Under the pieces are notes generated by a model. That model made no database searches. It was not told the origin of the DNA and saw only the letters and a list, made by a program, of their open reading frames with translations. Shown piece after piece: positions 1 through 10,289 of a DNA stretch of 64,000 bases. The stretch spans positions 96,001-160,000 of the forward strand of contig CAYPFW010000001.1 of the NCBI GenBank assembly GCA_964410585.1, given 5' to 3'. The DNA is from an uncultured archaeon (lineage in GTDB: Archaea > Aenigmatarchaeota > Aenigmatarchaeia > QMZP01 > JACQNV01). Every line of letters starts with the position of its first letter. The stretch's first letter is position 1. The position numbers and the translations under genes are program-made.

Positions 1-3000
1 AAGGATGTACCTGGTTTGGAAAGAAGCAAAAATGCCAAAGGCCTGGCTCTTGATGTGGTAAAATCAATATATAATAGCCCTAATTCGGCCCTTAGTTATA
101 TTTCCTGGGCCTTTACTAGTTCTGATATTTACAAGATTGGTGAAAAAAATGAAAGAGTTACAAAATTCCTTCAAGAATTAGACGCAATTGAAGCAGATAC
201 ACAATTAGAAACAATAAAACAGGTTCATAATCTTGTGGGTAAATATGTTCCTGGATATCTCCCACAGGAAGATAAAGAAGATATAGCTACAAATAGTATA
301 GGCGCCGCTATTAAGGATGGAAAAGGAATTTGTCGTGAACAAGCAGCCTTGCTCAAATGGGCATTGGATAAAAAATTAGGAGGAAAAGCTAATTATAATG
401 CAGAGGTAGTAGGTCAGGACACTACTCATGTTTGGGTTCGTGTAACATTTGATGGTGGACAATTTGATTTAGATACAACCTGGTTCAAAACTTTTTTCCC
501 ACTTGTCCCAAGAGACACTGATAATTGGATGAAATTGTTTTTTTATACAGATGGTTATCTATTTCCATCACGTAACAATGAAGCAAAATCAATAGATTCA
601 GTCACAGTCAAAGAAGGAGAAATTGAAGAGCAAACAGTCGATCAAGAGACAACAATAGACCAACAAGAAACAAAAAGCGACTTTGTACGTACACAATCTC
701 CAATTGACTCATTTTTCAAATTTATTAGTGGTTTATTCACCAGTTTGCTTGGTGGATCACCAACTACACAAACCCAAACATCTGAGCCAACAATGAAAGA
801 ACCTGGTGATAGTACAGGAATATTTTCTTTCCTTACAGATTGGTTTAAATCAAGACCTCCACAAACAGCTCCTCATGATGAACAAGGTGATAAGAAAGCG
901 GATTTGGAGAATAAAGATGATAAGAAATCATCAGATAAAGTGATTAAATCTTATTTCACATCAACTTGCCCTAATCCGACAACAGATCAAGTAGCCAATG
1001 AAGCAGACTACGCAGAAGGTTTCTCTACACCTAAAATACTTGATTTACTTAGAATTTCTGATGATGCCAAAATAGCTTCTGACTCTACACTTGAAATAGA
1101 TACATCTTCTTCAACAACTACATTTAGCCTTGCTTCTGGAAGTAGTCTTGTGAATATAAAGAAAATAGATGTGACTGTAGATGGAATTAATGTAGATTTG
1201 GCTGATATAAGACTTACAGACAAAAGCGGAAAGCTTTTAGGTTCATCAAAACTAGATTCTAGTGGTAAAACAACAATTTCAACTGACTTCACAATTGGCT
1301 CTGATTCTACTAGTAGCAAAATTGATGTGATAGTGGACACAGTTGAGGACTCTACAAGTACGCCTACTGTAACTCTGACAGGGAAAACATCCACAGATTC
1401 CACAATAAAGGGTACGGCAGTCGAAAGCCTTGTACAATACAAAATTAAAGCCGATAATGAAGATGTTTCAGTAAAAGATATAACTGTATCCACAGATTCT
1501 TCTACTACTCTTGACATTTCCAATATAATACTTATAGATAAGGATGGAAATAGTATAGGATCCTCGGTACCAGATTCTTCTGATCAAACACCAATTTCAA
1601 CAACCCTCAACATACCATCTGGTACAGAAGAATTAATAAAAGTAAAGGTTGTTTACAAACAATCAGAATCATCTTCGGCACCAGTAGAACCAATGCAAGT
1701 CCAGGGTACGTGGAATATTTATAATCTTCCTAATTGGGATGTTATATCAACCACGACACAAAATAGTCAACAGTCAGCTTCCCTAAGTTCATCCGCAGAA
1801 GGCAATCACTTCCACATAAGCTTTGGAAATAACAAATACCCACCGGGCTACTTTGTATTCTATAAGGATGGTGGTGAGATTCTAGTTTACGATGCAAATG
1901 ATCCAACATTGTTTTGCAAACAACAAACTAGAAGCGGGGATAATTGTGGTGATACATCAACTGATACAAATGGTGTCTCGGGGGATGGATGGTTATATTG
2001 GGCTTCTAAAGACGGAAAGCAGGTTAGTAATTCATTAAAGGTTGGAACCCCTGGAAAAAGCCCTCCTTCTCTGATTACAATTTCAGCCCAAATAGGCCTG
2101 ATAACTGCAAAACAAATTTTCAAATTTAAACAATCTCAATCTGGCAGCGAATATACATATCAACTAGAAAGTTTATCTAATTTACCTCTTGTGACTCAGG
2201 CACCAAACCCATCAACCGGCTTATCAACAATGTATCTTAATCCTGTAAGAGCAGTATCTCAAGGCGAACAAAGTCCAACTCTCGCTCCGCTAAGTCTTGG
2301 TATATTGAATCTTGATGGAAGCCAGTTTTTCACAGCAACATATGATGATTCATCTAAATCTTTTGTTTTAACAAACAAACTAACAGGCCAAACAACAAGC
2401 TCTACTAGTCTTAGTGCTTCTGGAAATTGGAGAGTTGGAACAATACAAGTAGGTGGTGCCAGCTATTCTGTAATGGTTTATCCATCATCGAGTGCATTCA
2501 CAATTTTGACACAAAATCCCCAAAACAATATTAATTTGGCTGATGGTTATGTATTGTCTTTTGCCAACACATTTGTAACAGATCCAGCTACACCAATCAC
2601 AGCAGAATTGAAAAATAGTGGTGGTACAGTTGTCGCAACAGTGAAATTCTTCATGGGATCAACACCAAGAGTAACAATTACACCAACTCCTGGATATTCT
2701 TCATCAAATCCATATACTGGGGCAGTTAGTGTATCTTCTGTAACATTGGGTACACCCCAATCAACAACTACAACAACTGGTCCAACTACATCTGCTGGAT
2801 TTTCTTTATCCATTGATACTGGGGAACAGCCAACAGAAGCAGAAGAAAATTTAGTTGACAATCTTGCAGATCTTTCCAAAGCAGCAGAAATGGGCAGGCT
2901 TTTGAAAATTTCCTCAAAATCTGATTTAGCTGAAAAATTGAGAACAGTTTGTGGAGATCCTCCTATTGGTGGTTTAACAGCAGCTATAGTTGGTTCAAAT

Positions 3001-3675
3001 GAAAACAAATGGGCAGGCTGGGCTGTATATGATCCAGAAAAAATGTCTCAGTTTATATTGAACTCTAAAAAAGAATCTTCTGGTTTGGTTGGTAACTTGA
3101 TTTCAAAAACACCAATTTCAGGATTTTTGACTGGGATGCAGATAGATTGGTCAACAAATCAAAAACCAAAAGACGATGTTGGATATTATAGTTGCGGGCA
3201 TCCTAACAAAGCCACTCAAGACTCAACAAAGCCATGCACTATGGTGCGCAGAGGAGCGTTTTTATCTAATGCATACTCTGGTGATTCTTGCTCACCCCCT
3301 GAAAATGGTGTATGTGTAGGGAACGGTGAACCTATTGAAGCAGACGAAAGACCTCAAGGAAAATTTAAATACTATCAAAGCTGCAGTTGTGTACCAAAAG
3401 ATCAGGCTCAGTGCCCTCTAGTACCTTTTATTGATTTAGAAGAAGGTAATTTGAATATAAATAGGGATTCGGATAACGATGGCTTAAAGGATTTTGAAGA
3501 ACGTATTTTCAATACTAACCCAAATGATCCAACTGATCCTATAGAAAACCCAAACAGAAATTTGGCCTTTATAATTTTGGTTGACGACGAAAACTTCGAT
3601 GAAGTAAAAGAGTGTTTGATGGCATCCCTAGCACCTGGCGGAACAGTAGGTAGTGGTGGAACTGCCGTTGGTTAA
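1..3675 (+). CDS. Large cell-surface/S-layer-like protein with transglutaminase-like domain, 5'-truncated by window
   Basis: Frame is open from base 1. GICREQAALL...HVWVRV...D resembles a Cys-His-Asp transglutaminase-like triad. Ser/Thr-rich beta repeats, a Cys-rich segment and a DSDNDGLKDFEE Ca-binding-like motif follow. Confidence 0.6.
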   Translation, partial: KDVPGLERSKNAKGLALDVVKSIYNSPNSALSYISWAFTSSDIYKIGEKNERVTKFLQELDAIEADTQLETIKQVHNLVGKYVPGYLPQEDKEDIATNSIGAAIKDGKGICREQAALLKWALDKKLGGKANYNAEVVGQDTTHVWVRVTFDGGQFDLDTTWFKTFFPLVPRDTDNWMKLFFYTDGYLFPSRNNEAKSIDSVTVKEGEIEEQTVDQETTIDQQETKSDFVRTQSPIDSFFKFISGLFTSLLGGSPTTQTQTSEPTMKEPGDSTGIFSFLTDWFKSRPPQTAPHDEQGDKKADLENKDDKKSSDKVIKSYFTSTCPNPTTDQVANEADYAEGFSTPKILDLLRISDDAKIASDSTLEIDTSSSTTTFSLASGSSLVNIKKIDVTVDGINVDLADIRLTDKSGKLLGSSKLDSSGKTTISTDFTIGSDSTSSKIDVIVDTVEDSTSTPTVTLTGKTSTDSTIKGTAVESLVQYKIKADNEDVSVKDITVSTDSSTTLDISNIILIDKDGNSIGSSVPDSSDQTPISTTLNIPSGTEELIKVKVVYKQSESSSAPVEPMQVQGTWNIYNLPNWDVISTTTQNSQQSASLSSSAEGNHFHISFGNNKYPPGYFVFYKDGGEILVYDANDPTLFCKQQTRSGDNCGDTSTDTNGVSGDGWLYWASKDGKQVSNSLKVGTPGKSPPSLITISAQIGLITAKQIFKFKQSQSGSEYTYQLESLSNLPLVTQAPNPSTGLSTMYLNPVRAVSQGEQSPTLAPLSLGILNLDGSQFFTATYDDSSKSFVLTNKLTGQTTSSTSLSASGNWRVGTIQVGGASYSVMVYPSSSAFTILTQNPQNNINLADGYVLSFANTFVTDPATPITAELKNSGGTVVATVKFFMGSTPRVTITPTPGYSSSNPYTGAVSVSSVTLGTPQSTTTTTGPTTSAGFSLSIDTGEQPTEAEENLVDNLADLSKAAEMGRLLKISSKSDLAEKLRTVCGDPPIGGLTAAIVGSNENKWAGWAVYDPEKMSQFILNSKKESSGLVGNLISKTPISGFLTGMQIDWSTNQKPKDDVGYYSCGHPNKATQDSTKPCTMVRRGAFLSNAYSGDSCSPPENGVCVGNGEPIEADERPQGKFKYYQSCSCVPKDQAQCPLVPFIDLEEGNLNINRDSDNDGLKDFEERIFNTNPNDPTDPIENPNRNLAFIILVDDENFDEVKECLMASLAPGGTVGSGGTAVG

Positions 3676-3704
3676 TATATATTCTAGTTTAAACAAATTA
3701 TAGT

Positions 3705-4355
3705 ATGATCACCAAAAAATATCTCCCAATAATAATTCTTGTCATGGGAATAGTTTTAGTCTCAGGTTGCTCTCAACCCCCAACTAATCAAACAACAGAT
3801 CAACCACAAAACACAGCTGAACCTCTAACACAACCTTCTGATGAATCGAATCCAGTAGATGAGAATCCTCCTGAAATAACTCAACCAGAAATCAAAGAAG
3901 AACCAAAGGTTGAGCCGAAAAAAGTTGTTCCAAAGGGACATTTTGATTTTGTCAATGGAGATACATGGGAGCCAACTGCTTTTGCTTTTGGAGTCAAACT
4001 TCATCTAATAGTTGCAGGCGATGGGAAAAATTTCAATGTCCCTAAATTTTTGCCTATAAATGTCAGAATACTTCTTAGAAATGCGATTGTCTGGTCTTAT
4101 TTAATTCAAGGATCTGCTGAACAAACGTGCAGGGATGAAACAGGATGCAGCCCAGAAAACGGTGAAACTTTTGAGGCAACAGATGATTGGAAAGTAGGTT
4201 CTTTGAAATTTATAGCAACAGACGAAGAGGGTAATCTTTTAGCATACGAAGAATATCAAGACGGAGAGTTTGTAACCAATGGAGAAGAGGGTGTTGAGGT
4301 TGCTTCAACTGCACCGGGTGGAACTATTGGGGGAAGTGGAACAGGAGTAGGGTAG
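3705..4355 (+). CDS. Putative lipoprotein
   Basis: MITKK + hydrophobic stretch + LVSGC lipobox, then a Pro/Glu/Gln linker. Confidence 0.7.
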   Translation: MITKKYLPIIILVMGIVLVSGCSQPPTNQTTDQPQNTAEPLTQPSDESNPVDENPPEITQPEIKEEPKVEPKKVVPKGHFDFVNGDTWEPTAFAFGVKLHLIVAGDGKNFNVPKFLPINVRILLRNAIVWSYLIQGSAEQTCRDETGCSPENGETFEATDDWKVGSLKFIATDEEGNLLAYEEYQDGEFVTNGEEGVEVASTAPGGTIGGSGTGVG

Positions 4356-4365
4356 TAGTTTATTA

Positions 4366-7008
4366 CTAAGTTAGGACTTTTGGTTTTCCTATCTGTTCTT
4401 CTATATATCTTCCTCCGGATGTTTGTTTTAATGATGGTCTTCTAAAGGCCAGCTGATGTCCTTCATCTAGATACGTTCTAGCTAAATCTATTTCTCCTCT
4501 TTCTAGATGCACGTATGCTATGTTAGCAAGAGCTGCTATCTGAACTTCTTCTGTTCCAGACTCTCTAGAAAACCGAAGAGCGTCTTGGGAATGTTCTAAT
4601 AAACCGTTCAAGTTACCCCTTTGAGATTCTAAAAATGCCCAGTCGTTTTTGATAATTGCCATGACTACTCTCTTTTCTAAACGTTCTGCTATAGAAAATG
4701 CTAGTTGATAATGTTTCTCTGCTTGTTCATAATTAGTCTCATTACTATATGTCAATGCTGTTCTATGTTGAGCATTGGCAAGATGAACAGAATCGATTGC
4801 TGGAACTCTGTTGATAATATTATTATAAAAACTTCTAGCCTTTTCATATTCTGATTTATTTAAATAACACGTTCCTAATCCGACTAGCGCATGCAAAACA
4901 AAATCCTCGTCTCCAACTTGTTCTGCTAATAGCTTACCCTTTTCAAACATTTGAATGGCTTCATCTGGATTTGTTCTCATTACTGCTGCACCAAATCCAA
5001 TCAAAGCCTGATACTCGTTTATTTGGGTCAATTCCCTCAAATCAGCGACAATTCCCAATCTTTCCTCTTGCGAACTTCGCCTCTCCTCGTGTAAGCCCAT
5101 ATCCCTGTATGTGTTTCCAAGTTCTCTGAGAACTTCGAGTCTTTGTCCTTTTGTGTTTAGATCATCCTTTCCGATTTTTAATATCTCCAACGCCGTCCTC
5201 AAATGTTCTTCGCTCGTCTCAGTCTTTCCATCCTCTCTTTCCATCTTTCCAAGCTCAACCAAATAAGCGACAGCCCTTTCAGGTGAATCTGAAAGCACAT
5301 ACTGGTTTGCTGTGTTCAAAAGCAAGGCCTTTGTTTTTCTTTCCTTCCACTTCCTTTCAAACAGTTCTCCAAGCTCTCTGTGTATTTTTTTCTTCTCATC
5401 TGGTGGAGTTGTTTCATACAAAATGTCAAAAATCTTTTCATCAACTGCTTGTATTGTTTCCTCTTTTCCCTTTTCTTTTGGTGGTTTGGTTATCAGTCCG
5501 GCCTTACTCATTTTTTCAATTGTTTCTGGGTCCAAACTCTCGCCTGAAACTTCCTCTATATCACTCAAATAGACCCACTGTCTTCTCACATGCGAACCGA
5601 CCCTCAAAAACCTGAAAGCAGAAGGCCCATATTCCTGTATTCTTCCAACTATAAGCGAGCCGAGCTCATTTGGTATTTCAGTCAATGCTGCCCTATAATC
5701 TGCTCCTGTTTCAATCTTCTGCCTTAAAGCAATTCCAATTTGTTTTGTATAAAATGGGTTTCCTTTTGTCCTTTCAACAATCTCGCAAACTGTTTCCCCA
5801 TCTAGTTTTGAAAAATGGTCTCCAAGAATTTCTTTCAAAATGCTTTCAAGGTCTTTTCTCTCAAGTGGACCAATTTCTATTTTTTCAACTGGAAAATCAG
5901 GCTCAAATTCAGGCCTTGCTGTCAAAACATTGACTATACCAGTTGGTGAAGACCGCACAAGGTCAAGCCAGAAAGGTGGAGCCCATTGAACATCGTCTGA
6001 AAGGACAGTATTGATAATTCCTCTAACCTTGTAATAAGCTTCCATTGTTTTCATTCTTCTTACATCGGGATCAGTAGGTATATCATATCCAGAAACACTT
6101 ATCCCAAGCGGCAAAGCGATAAATGGATATTCTTCTTTCAGTCCAAGCCTTGTAAGCTTTTCTACAGTTAGGTCGTCTCCGAAAACTGTCCTATAGAAAT
6201 TCCTCAAACCAGAATTTGGATCTGTCCTGTCCGGTGGACTAAATTTCAAAAGAGTATGTGGTCCAAGTGCCTTTTTCGCAGTTGCTGTTTTTCCAATTCC
6301 AGGCTCTCCAATTAGAACAACAGGCAGATCTTTGCTTGTTTTCAAATATTGTCTTATCCTGCTTATTGTTTCTGCTCTTCCAAAAAAACTATCCTTTAAA
6401 GACTGGACATCAAAAGCTGTGTGTATTTCCCTTACTGGTCTGTAAACATGAATAGGATGTGTTAATCCTTTTACTGGAACCTCACCAAGATCCTCCCACT
6501 CAAAAAGCCTGTCTGCAAGTTCCCTTGTTCTTTGATCGACTCTAACTGTCCCCAATTCAGCCGAGCTTTCCAATCTTGTGGCAACAGACATAGGGAAGCC
6601 GTTTATGTCTGGAAGAAACCTATCTCCTTCATAGTATCCACCAAATTCTACGCGTCCTGTTGATATACCTATCCTAGCTCTCAATGTATCGCCCCCTAAT
6701 CCTAGTTCCTTTCTCTTTTCCTCTATTTTTTCCTGCATCTTCAGGCTTGATCGTGTAGCAGCAACTGCTCCTTCTTTCAGATCTTTGAGAGGCTGTTCGA
6801 CATTAAATGACACAGTTGTTGCATCCCCGTCCCTTTTCAATGCAACTCCGCCATGTCTCATAGCAACTGCATTTGCTGCCCCTAAAATTTGATAAGGAAC
6901 TTCCCTCATTTGATGCGTTTCTGCACCTTCAGAAAAAGTGGAGAATCCACTCATGTCTAACTTTAGTACTGTTCCTTCCTTTTGATAAATATCTAGCCTG
7001 GAGTCCAT
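4366..7008 (-). CDS. Class III nucleotide cyclase + STAND/AAA ATPase + TPR protein
   Basis: LDMSGFS, GDA, RIGISTG and ATRLES cyclase motifs; Walker A GEPGIGKT; DDVQWA Walker B; C-terminal TPR-like helices. Confidence 0.85.
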   Translation of the reverse strand: MDSRLDIYQKEGTVLKLDMSGFSTFSEGAETHQMREVPYQILGAANAVAMRHGGVALKRDGDATTVSFNVEQPLKDLKEGAVAATRSSLKMQEKIEEKRKELGLGGDTLRARIGISTGRVEFGGYYEGDRFLPDINGFPMSVATRLESSAELGTVRVDQRTRELADRLFEWEDLGEVPVKGLTHPIHVYRPVREIHTAFDVQSLKDSFFGRAETISRIRQYLKTSKDLPVVLIGEPGIGKTATAKKALGPHTLLKFSPPDRTDPNSGLRNFYRTVFGDDLTVEKLTRLGLKEEYPFIALPLGISVSGYDIPTDPDVRRMKTMEAYYKVRGIINTVLSDDVQWAPPFWLDLVRSSPTGIVNVLTARPEFEPDFPVEKIEIGPLERKDLESILKEILGDHFSKLDGETVCEIVERTKGNPFYTKQIGIALRQKIETGADYRAALTEIPNELGSLIVGRIQEYGPSAFRFLRVGSHVRRQWVYLSDIEEVSGESLDPETIEKMSKAGLITKPPKEKGKEETIQAVDEKIFDILYETTPPDEKKKIHRELGELFERKWKERKTKALLLNTANQYVLSDSPERAVAYLVELGKMEREDGKTETSEEHLRTALEILKIGKDDLNTKGQRLEVLRELGNTYRDMGLHEERRSSQEERLGIVADLRELTQINEYQALIGFGAAVMRTNPDEAIQMFEKGKLLAEQVGDEDFVLHALVGLGTCYLNKSEYEKARSFYNNIINRVPAIDSVHLANAQHRTALTYSNETNYEQAEKHYQLAFSIAERLEKRVVMAIIKNDWAFLESQRGNLNGLLEHSQDALRFSRESGTEEVQIAALANIAYVHLERGEIDLARTYLDEGHQLAFRRPSLKQTSGGRYIEEQIGKPKVLT

Positions 7009-7115
7009 AGCTTCCTCTAAATGTATATACTAAAAGGTAGTGTACGAAAGCTTAAATGTTTTGAAAGGAACCTAAAGTGTAAACATTTATATAGAAGTGT
7101 GTACAATAATGAAAT

Positions 7116-7427
7116 ATGAAGACAAAATTGCTTACAACCAGGATGTCAGAAGAAATGGAAAAGGATATAGATAGGCTAGCCAAGGAAGAAAATGTCCAGA
7201 AAACAGTTTTGATGAGGGAGCTTTTGACAAGAGGTTTGCAGGATTTGAAAGAAGAACACGCACTTAAACTTTATTCGCAGGGAAGGGTAACTTTGTGGAA
7301 AGCCGCAGGATTGGCTGGTCTGTCTCTCTGGGAAATTTTGGAAAAAGTGAAAGAAAAGAAAATCCCTCTTATTTATGATATAGAAGATGCCAAACACGAT
7401 ATTAAAATCGTTCTGGACAATTTATGA
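7116..7427 (+). CDS. UPF0175-family antitoxin (RHH + HTH)
   Basis: ALKLYSQGRVTLWKAAGLAGLSLWE motif; ATGA overlap with the downstream PIN gene. Confidence 0.85.
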   Translation: MKTKLLTTRMSEEMEKDIDRLAKEENVQKTVLMRELLTRGLQDLKEEHALKLYSQGRVTLWKAAGLAGLSLWEILEKVKEKKIPLIYDIEDAKHDIKIVLDNL

Positions 7428-7921
7428 ATGCTGTTAGCAATTCAACTCCCCTGATATATTTGTCAAAGTTGAACAAACTAGAAGAATTGCAAAAATTTTT
7501 TGAGAAAATTTATATTCCAGAAGCAGTGTATAGGGAAGTTGTCATAAAAGGAAAGGAGTTGAACAAACTAGAAGTTATTGTGATTGAAAAATTAATGAGC
7601 GAAAAATTTATAATTGTTGAAAAAACAAATCCAAAACTCGAAATAAAAACTTTGCATATTGGAGAATTGGAAGCTATAAGTTTGGCACAAGAGAAAAAAA
7701 TACAAAACATACTTATTGACGACAAAGAAGGTGTTGAAGTCTCAAAAATTGTTGGGCTGAATCCATGGAGAACAACTGCAATTTTATTGGGTTTATTAAA
7801 ACTAAAAGTCATCAAACCAGATGAGTTCAAATCCTTGTTAATTGATCTCAGTAAATCAGGATATTTCATTTCGGCTGAGATATTTGATTATTTAATAAGG
7901 GAATCCAAAAAGCTATTATGA
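7424..7921 (+). CDS. PIN-domain toxin (DUF3368-like)
   Basis: VSNSTPLI, IPEAVYREV, LHIGELEAISLA and LIDD motifs. Confidence 0.85.
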   Translation: MNAVSNSTPLIYLSKLNKLEELQKFFEKIYIPEAVYREVVIKGKELNKLEVIVIEKLMSEKFIIVEKTNPKLEIKTLHIGELEAISLAQEKKIQNILIDDKEGVEVSKIVGLNPWRTTAILLGLLKLKVIKPDEFKSLLIDLSKSGYFISAEIFDYLIRESKKLL

Positions 7922-9351
7922 AAAATAAAAAAACAAACTTCTCTGAATGGTTTACTGAAATTTTGCAAGATGGGGAACTGTCAGACATCAGATACAATGT
8001 AAAAGGTTTTATTGTCTATAGGCCTTGGGCTACAATAGCAATCAAAAAAATGTATGCTTTGTATGAAAAAGAATTGGAGAAAAAAGGACATAAACCAGTG
8101 ATCTTCCCTTCTGTTATTCCTGAAGAGAACTTCCATTTAGAGGCTTCGCATGTTGCTGGTTTCACGCCAGAGGTTTTGTGGATCACACATGGAGGCGACT
8201 CTCCACTAGAGGAAAAAATCGCATTGAGACCAACATCAGAAACAGCAATGTACAAAATGTATTCTTTGTGGATTCGTTCTTGGAAAGACCTTCCTTTGAA
8301 ACTTTACCAATCTTGTCAAGTTTGGCGACATGAAACAAAGGCAACTAGACCATTTATCCGAGGCAGGGAATTCCATTGGATAGAAACACATGATGTTTTT
8401 GCAACAAAAGAAGAAGCTGAAAACCAAGTGAAGGAGGACATGGAAACAACAGAATCTGTAATGCACAAAATATTTGGCATCCCTTTCCTGTTTATGAAGC
8501 GCCCAGAGTGGGACAAATTTCCAGGAGCTGTCCATACATTTGCAGCAGACACAATTATGCCAGACGGGAAAATTTTGCAGCAGCCTTCCACACATTTGTT
8601 GGGCCAAAATTTCTCAAAACCATTTGGAATAAAATTCAAAACTCAAAAAGAAGAAGACGAGTTTGGATGGCAAACATGCTACGGTCCTGCGATTTCCAGG
8701 ATTTTTGCATCTGTTGTAGCTTTACATGGGGATGACAAAGGTTTGGTTTTTCCATTTGACATTGCCCCTGTGCAAATAATTGTTGTGCCAATTTCAAGAG
8801 AAGGTGATGAAAAAGTTTTGAAAACAGCCAAAGAACTCGCTTGCAATCTTGCTGAAAAGTATAGAACAGAAATTGACCTTTCAGAAAATACTCCAGGATG
8901 GAAATTCAATCAATGGGAAATGAAAGGTGTTCCAATAAGGATAGAATTGGGGTCAAAAGAAGTAGACGCGGGCACACTAACTCTAGCTTTCAGACATTCT
9001 GGAAAAAAGGTCCAAGTAAAAGAATCAGAAATTTTTGGCGAAATAGAAAAATTTGGAAAAGAAATCACGAAAGAGCTTGTTGAAAAGGCAGACAAATTTT
9101 TCAAGGAAAATTTGAGGGATGCCTATGAAATGGAGGACCTGGAAAAAGAGCTTGCAAAGGGTGGTCTTGTACGAGTGCCTTTTTGTTCAACTCAAAAATC
9201 AGGCCAAAAATGTGGAGAAGCAATTAAGGAAAAGCTCCACGCAGATATCAGAGGAGAGTGGATAGTTGAAAAGGCAAGGCCAGAAGCGAATAAATGTGTG
9301 GTCTGTGGCTCAAAAGCAGCGCATATGGTCTATATAGGAAAAGCATATTAA
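7918..9351 (+). CDS. proS: Proline--tRNA ligase (archaeal/eukaryotic type)
   Basis: LRPTSET, RHETKATRPFIRGREF, QTCYG motifs; C-terminal Zn domain ending in AY. Confidence 0.97.
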   Translation: MKNKKTNFSEWFTEILQDGELSDIRYNVKGFIVYRPWATIAIKKMYALYEKELEKKGHKPVIFPSVIPEENFHLEASHVAGFTPEVLWITHGGDSPLEEKIALRPTSETAMYKMYSLWIRSWKDLPLKLYQSCQVWRHETKATRPFIRGREFHWIETHDVFATKEEAENQVKEDMETTESVMHKIFGIPFLFMKRPEWDKFPGAVHTFAADTIMPDGKILQQPSTHLLGQNFSKPFGIKFKTQKEEDEFGWQTCYGPAISRIFASVVALHGDDKGLVFPFDIAPVQIIVVPISREGDEKVLKTAKELACNLAEKYRTEIDLSENTPGWKFNQWEMKGVPIRIELGSKEVDAGTLTLAFRHSGKKVQVKESEIFGEIEKFGKEITKELVEKADKFFKENLRDAYEMEDLEKELAKGGLVRVPFCSTQKSGQKCGEAIKEKLHADIRGEWIVEKARPEANKCVVCGSKAAHMVYIGKAY

Positions 9352-9411
9352 TAGGAAGCTTATATATTAGCAATTAAACATATTCTATAATGTTTCTAAT
9401 GGAGGTTTTTA

Positions 9412-10014
9412 ATGTATAAGGTTCTAGACGTTGAGGATAAAATCCGTGTTCCTCCTGCTAAGTTTAATTTGGAATTAAAAGAAGCTATACGAGCAGCTCT
9501 TGAGGAAAAGTTAGAAGGAACAGTAAATAAGAGAATGGGAATTGTTTTATCTGTTATCTCAGTTGAAGATGTTGGCGAGGGAAAAATTTTCCCAGAGGAT
9601 GGAGCAATCCACTATCCAGCCAAATTTAAAGTTGTTGTTTACCAGCCAGAAATGCATGAGCTTGTACAAGGTGAAATAATTGAGGTCACTGAGTTTGGTG
9701 CGTTTTTGAGATTTGGACCAGTTGATGGTATGGTTCATGTGAGCCAACTAATGAACGATTTCGTGAGCTTTGACAACAAAAGCAATGTTTTCCTTGGAAG
9801 GGATTCTAAAAGAAAAGTCAAAGAAGGCGACAAGTTCAAGGCAAGGGTCATTTCAGTTTCAATGGAAGGCGACCAATATAAAATTGGTTTGACAGCAAGG
9901 CAGCCTGGTTTAGGAAACTTAGAATGGGCTGGCGAAGACAAGAAGAAAGGCGATGTAAAAGAAAAGAAAGAGGCTCCTAAGAAGGAAGAGAAAAAAGAAG
10001 CCAAGAAAAAGTAG
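9412..10014 (+). CDS. rpoE1: DNA-directed RNA polymerase subunit E' (Rpo7)
   Basis: IRVPPAKF, S1 domain EFGAFLRFGPVDGMVHVSQ, KIGLTARQPGLG. Confidence 0.95.
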   Translation: MYKVLDVEDKIRVPPAKFNLELKEAIRAALEEKLEGTVNKRMGIVLSVISVEDVGEGKIFPEDGAIHYPAKFKVVVYQPEMHELVQGEIIEVTEFGAFLRFGPVDGMVHVSQLMNDFVSFDNKSNVFLGRDSKRKVKEGDKFKARVISVSMEGDQYKIGLTARQPGLGNLEWAGEDKKKGDVKEKKEAPKKEEKKEAKKK

Positions 10015-10103
10015 GGTTAATCGTGGAAGCCGTAATTTTTTCGAGCTTGCAGGCGAAGAAAAAATAGGCTCCGTTTTTGATTAACCTTTTGGACTAAAAG
10101 GTT
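10015..10103 (+). repeat. Dispersed structured repeat B, copy 1 (fills the whole rpoE1-spt4 spacer)
   Basis: GGTTAATC..GGAAGCC..TTTTTTC GAG..GAA GAAAAAA..GGCTCC..GATTAACC, then hairpin AACCTTTT-GGACT-AAAAGGTT abutting the ATG. Confidence 0.9.
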
Positions 10104-10289
10104 ATGAAAAGCGAAAAGGTTTGTAAAATTTGCAAAAGGTTTGTACAGGGCGATGAGTGCCCAATTTGCAGAGACAAAGCTTTCTCAAGATCATGGAAAG
10201 GCGTCGTCATAGTCAATGATATAAACTCAGAAATTGGCCAAACAGTTGGAGCCAAATCACCTGGGAAATATTGCATCTGGGTAAGATGA
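10104..10289 (+). CDS. spt4: Transcription elongation factor Spt4 (RpoE'')
   Basis: CKIC..CPIC zinc ribbon, WKGVVIV, PGKY; follows rpoE1. Confidence 0.93.
   Translation: MKSEKVCKICKRFVQGDECPICRDKAFSRSWKGVVIVNDINSEIGQTVGAKSPGKYCIWVR

Noticed and set aside
1008-3008. Antisense ORFs within the surface protein, and similar shadow ORFs across the window
   Set aside because: They are fully nested opposite well-supported genes and show no motifs.
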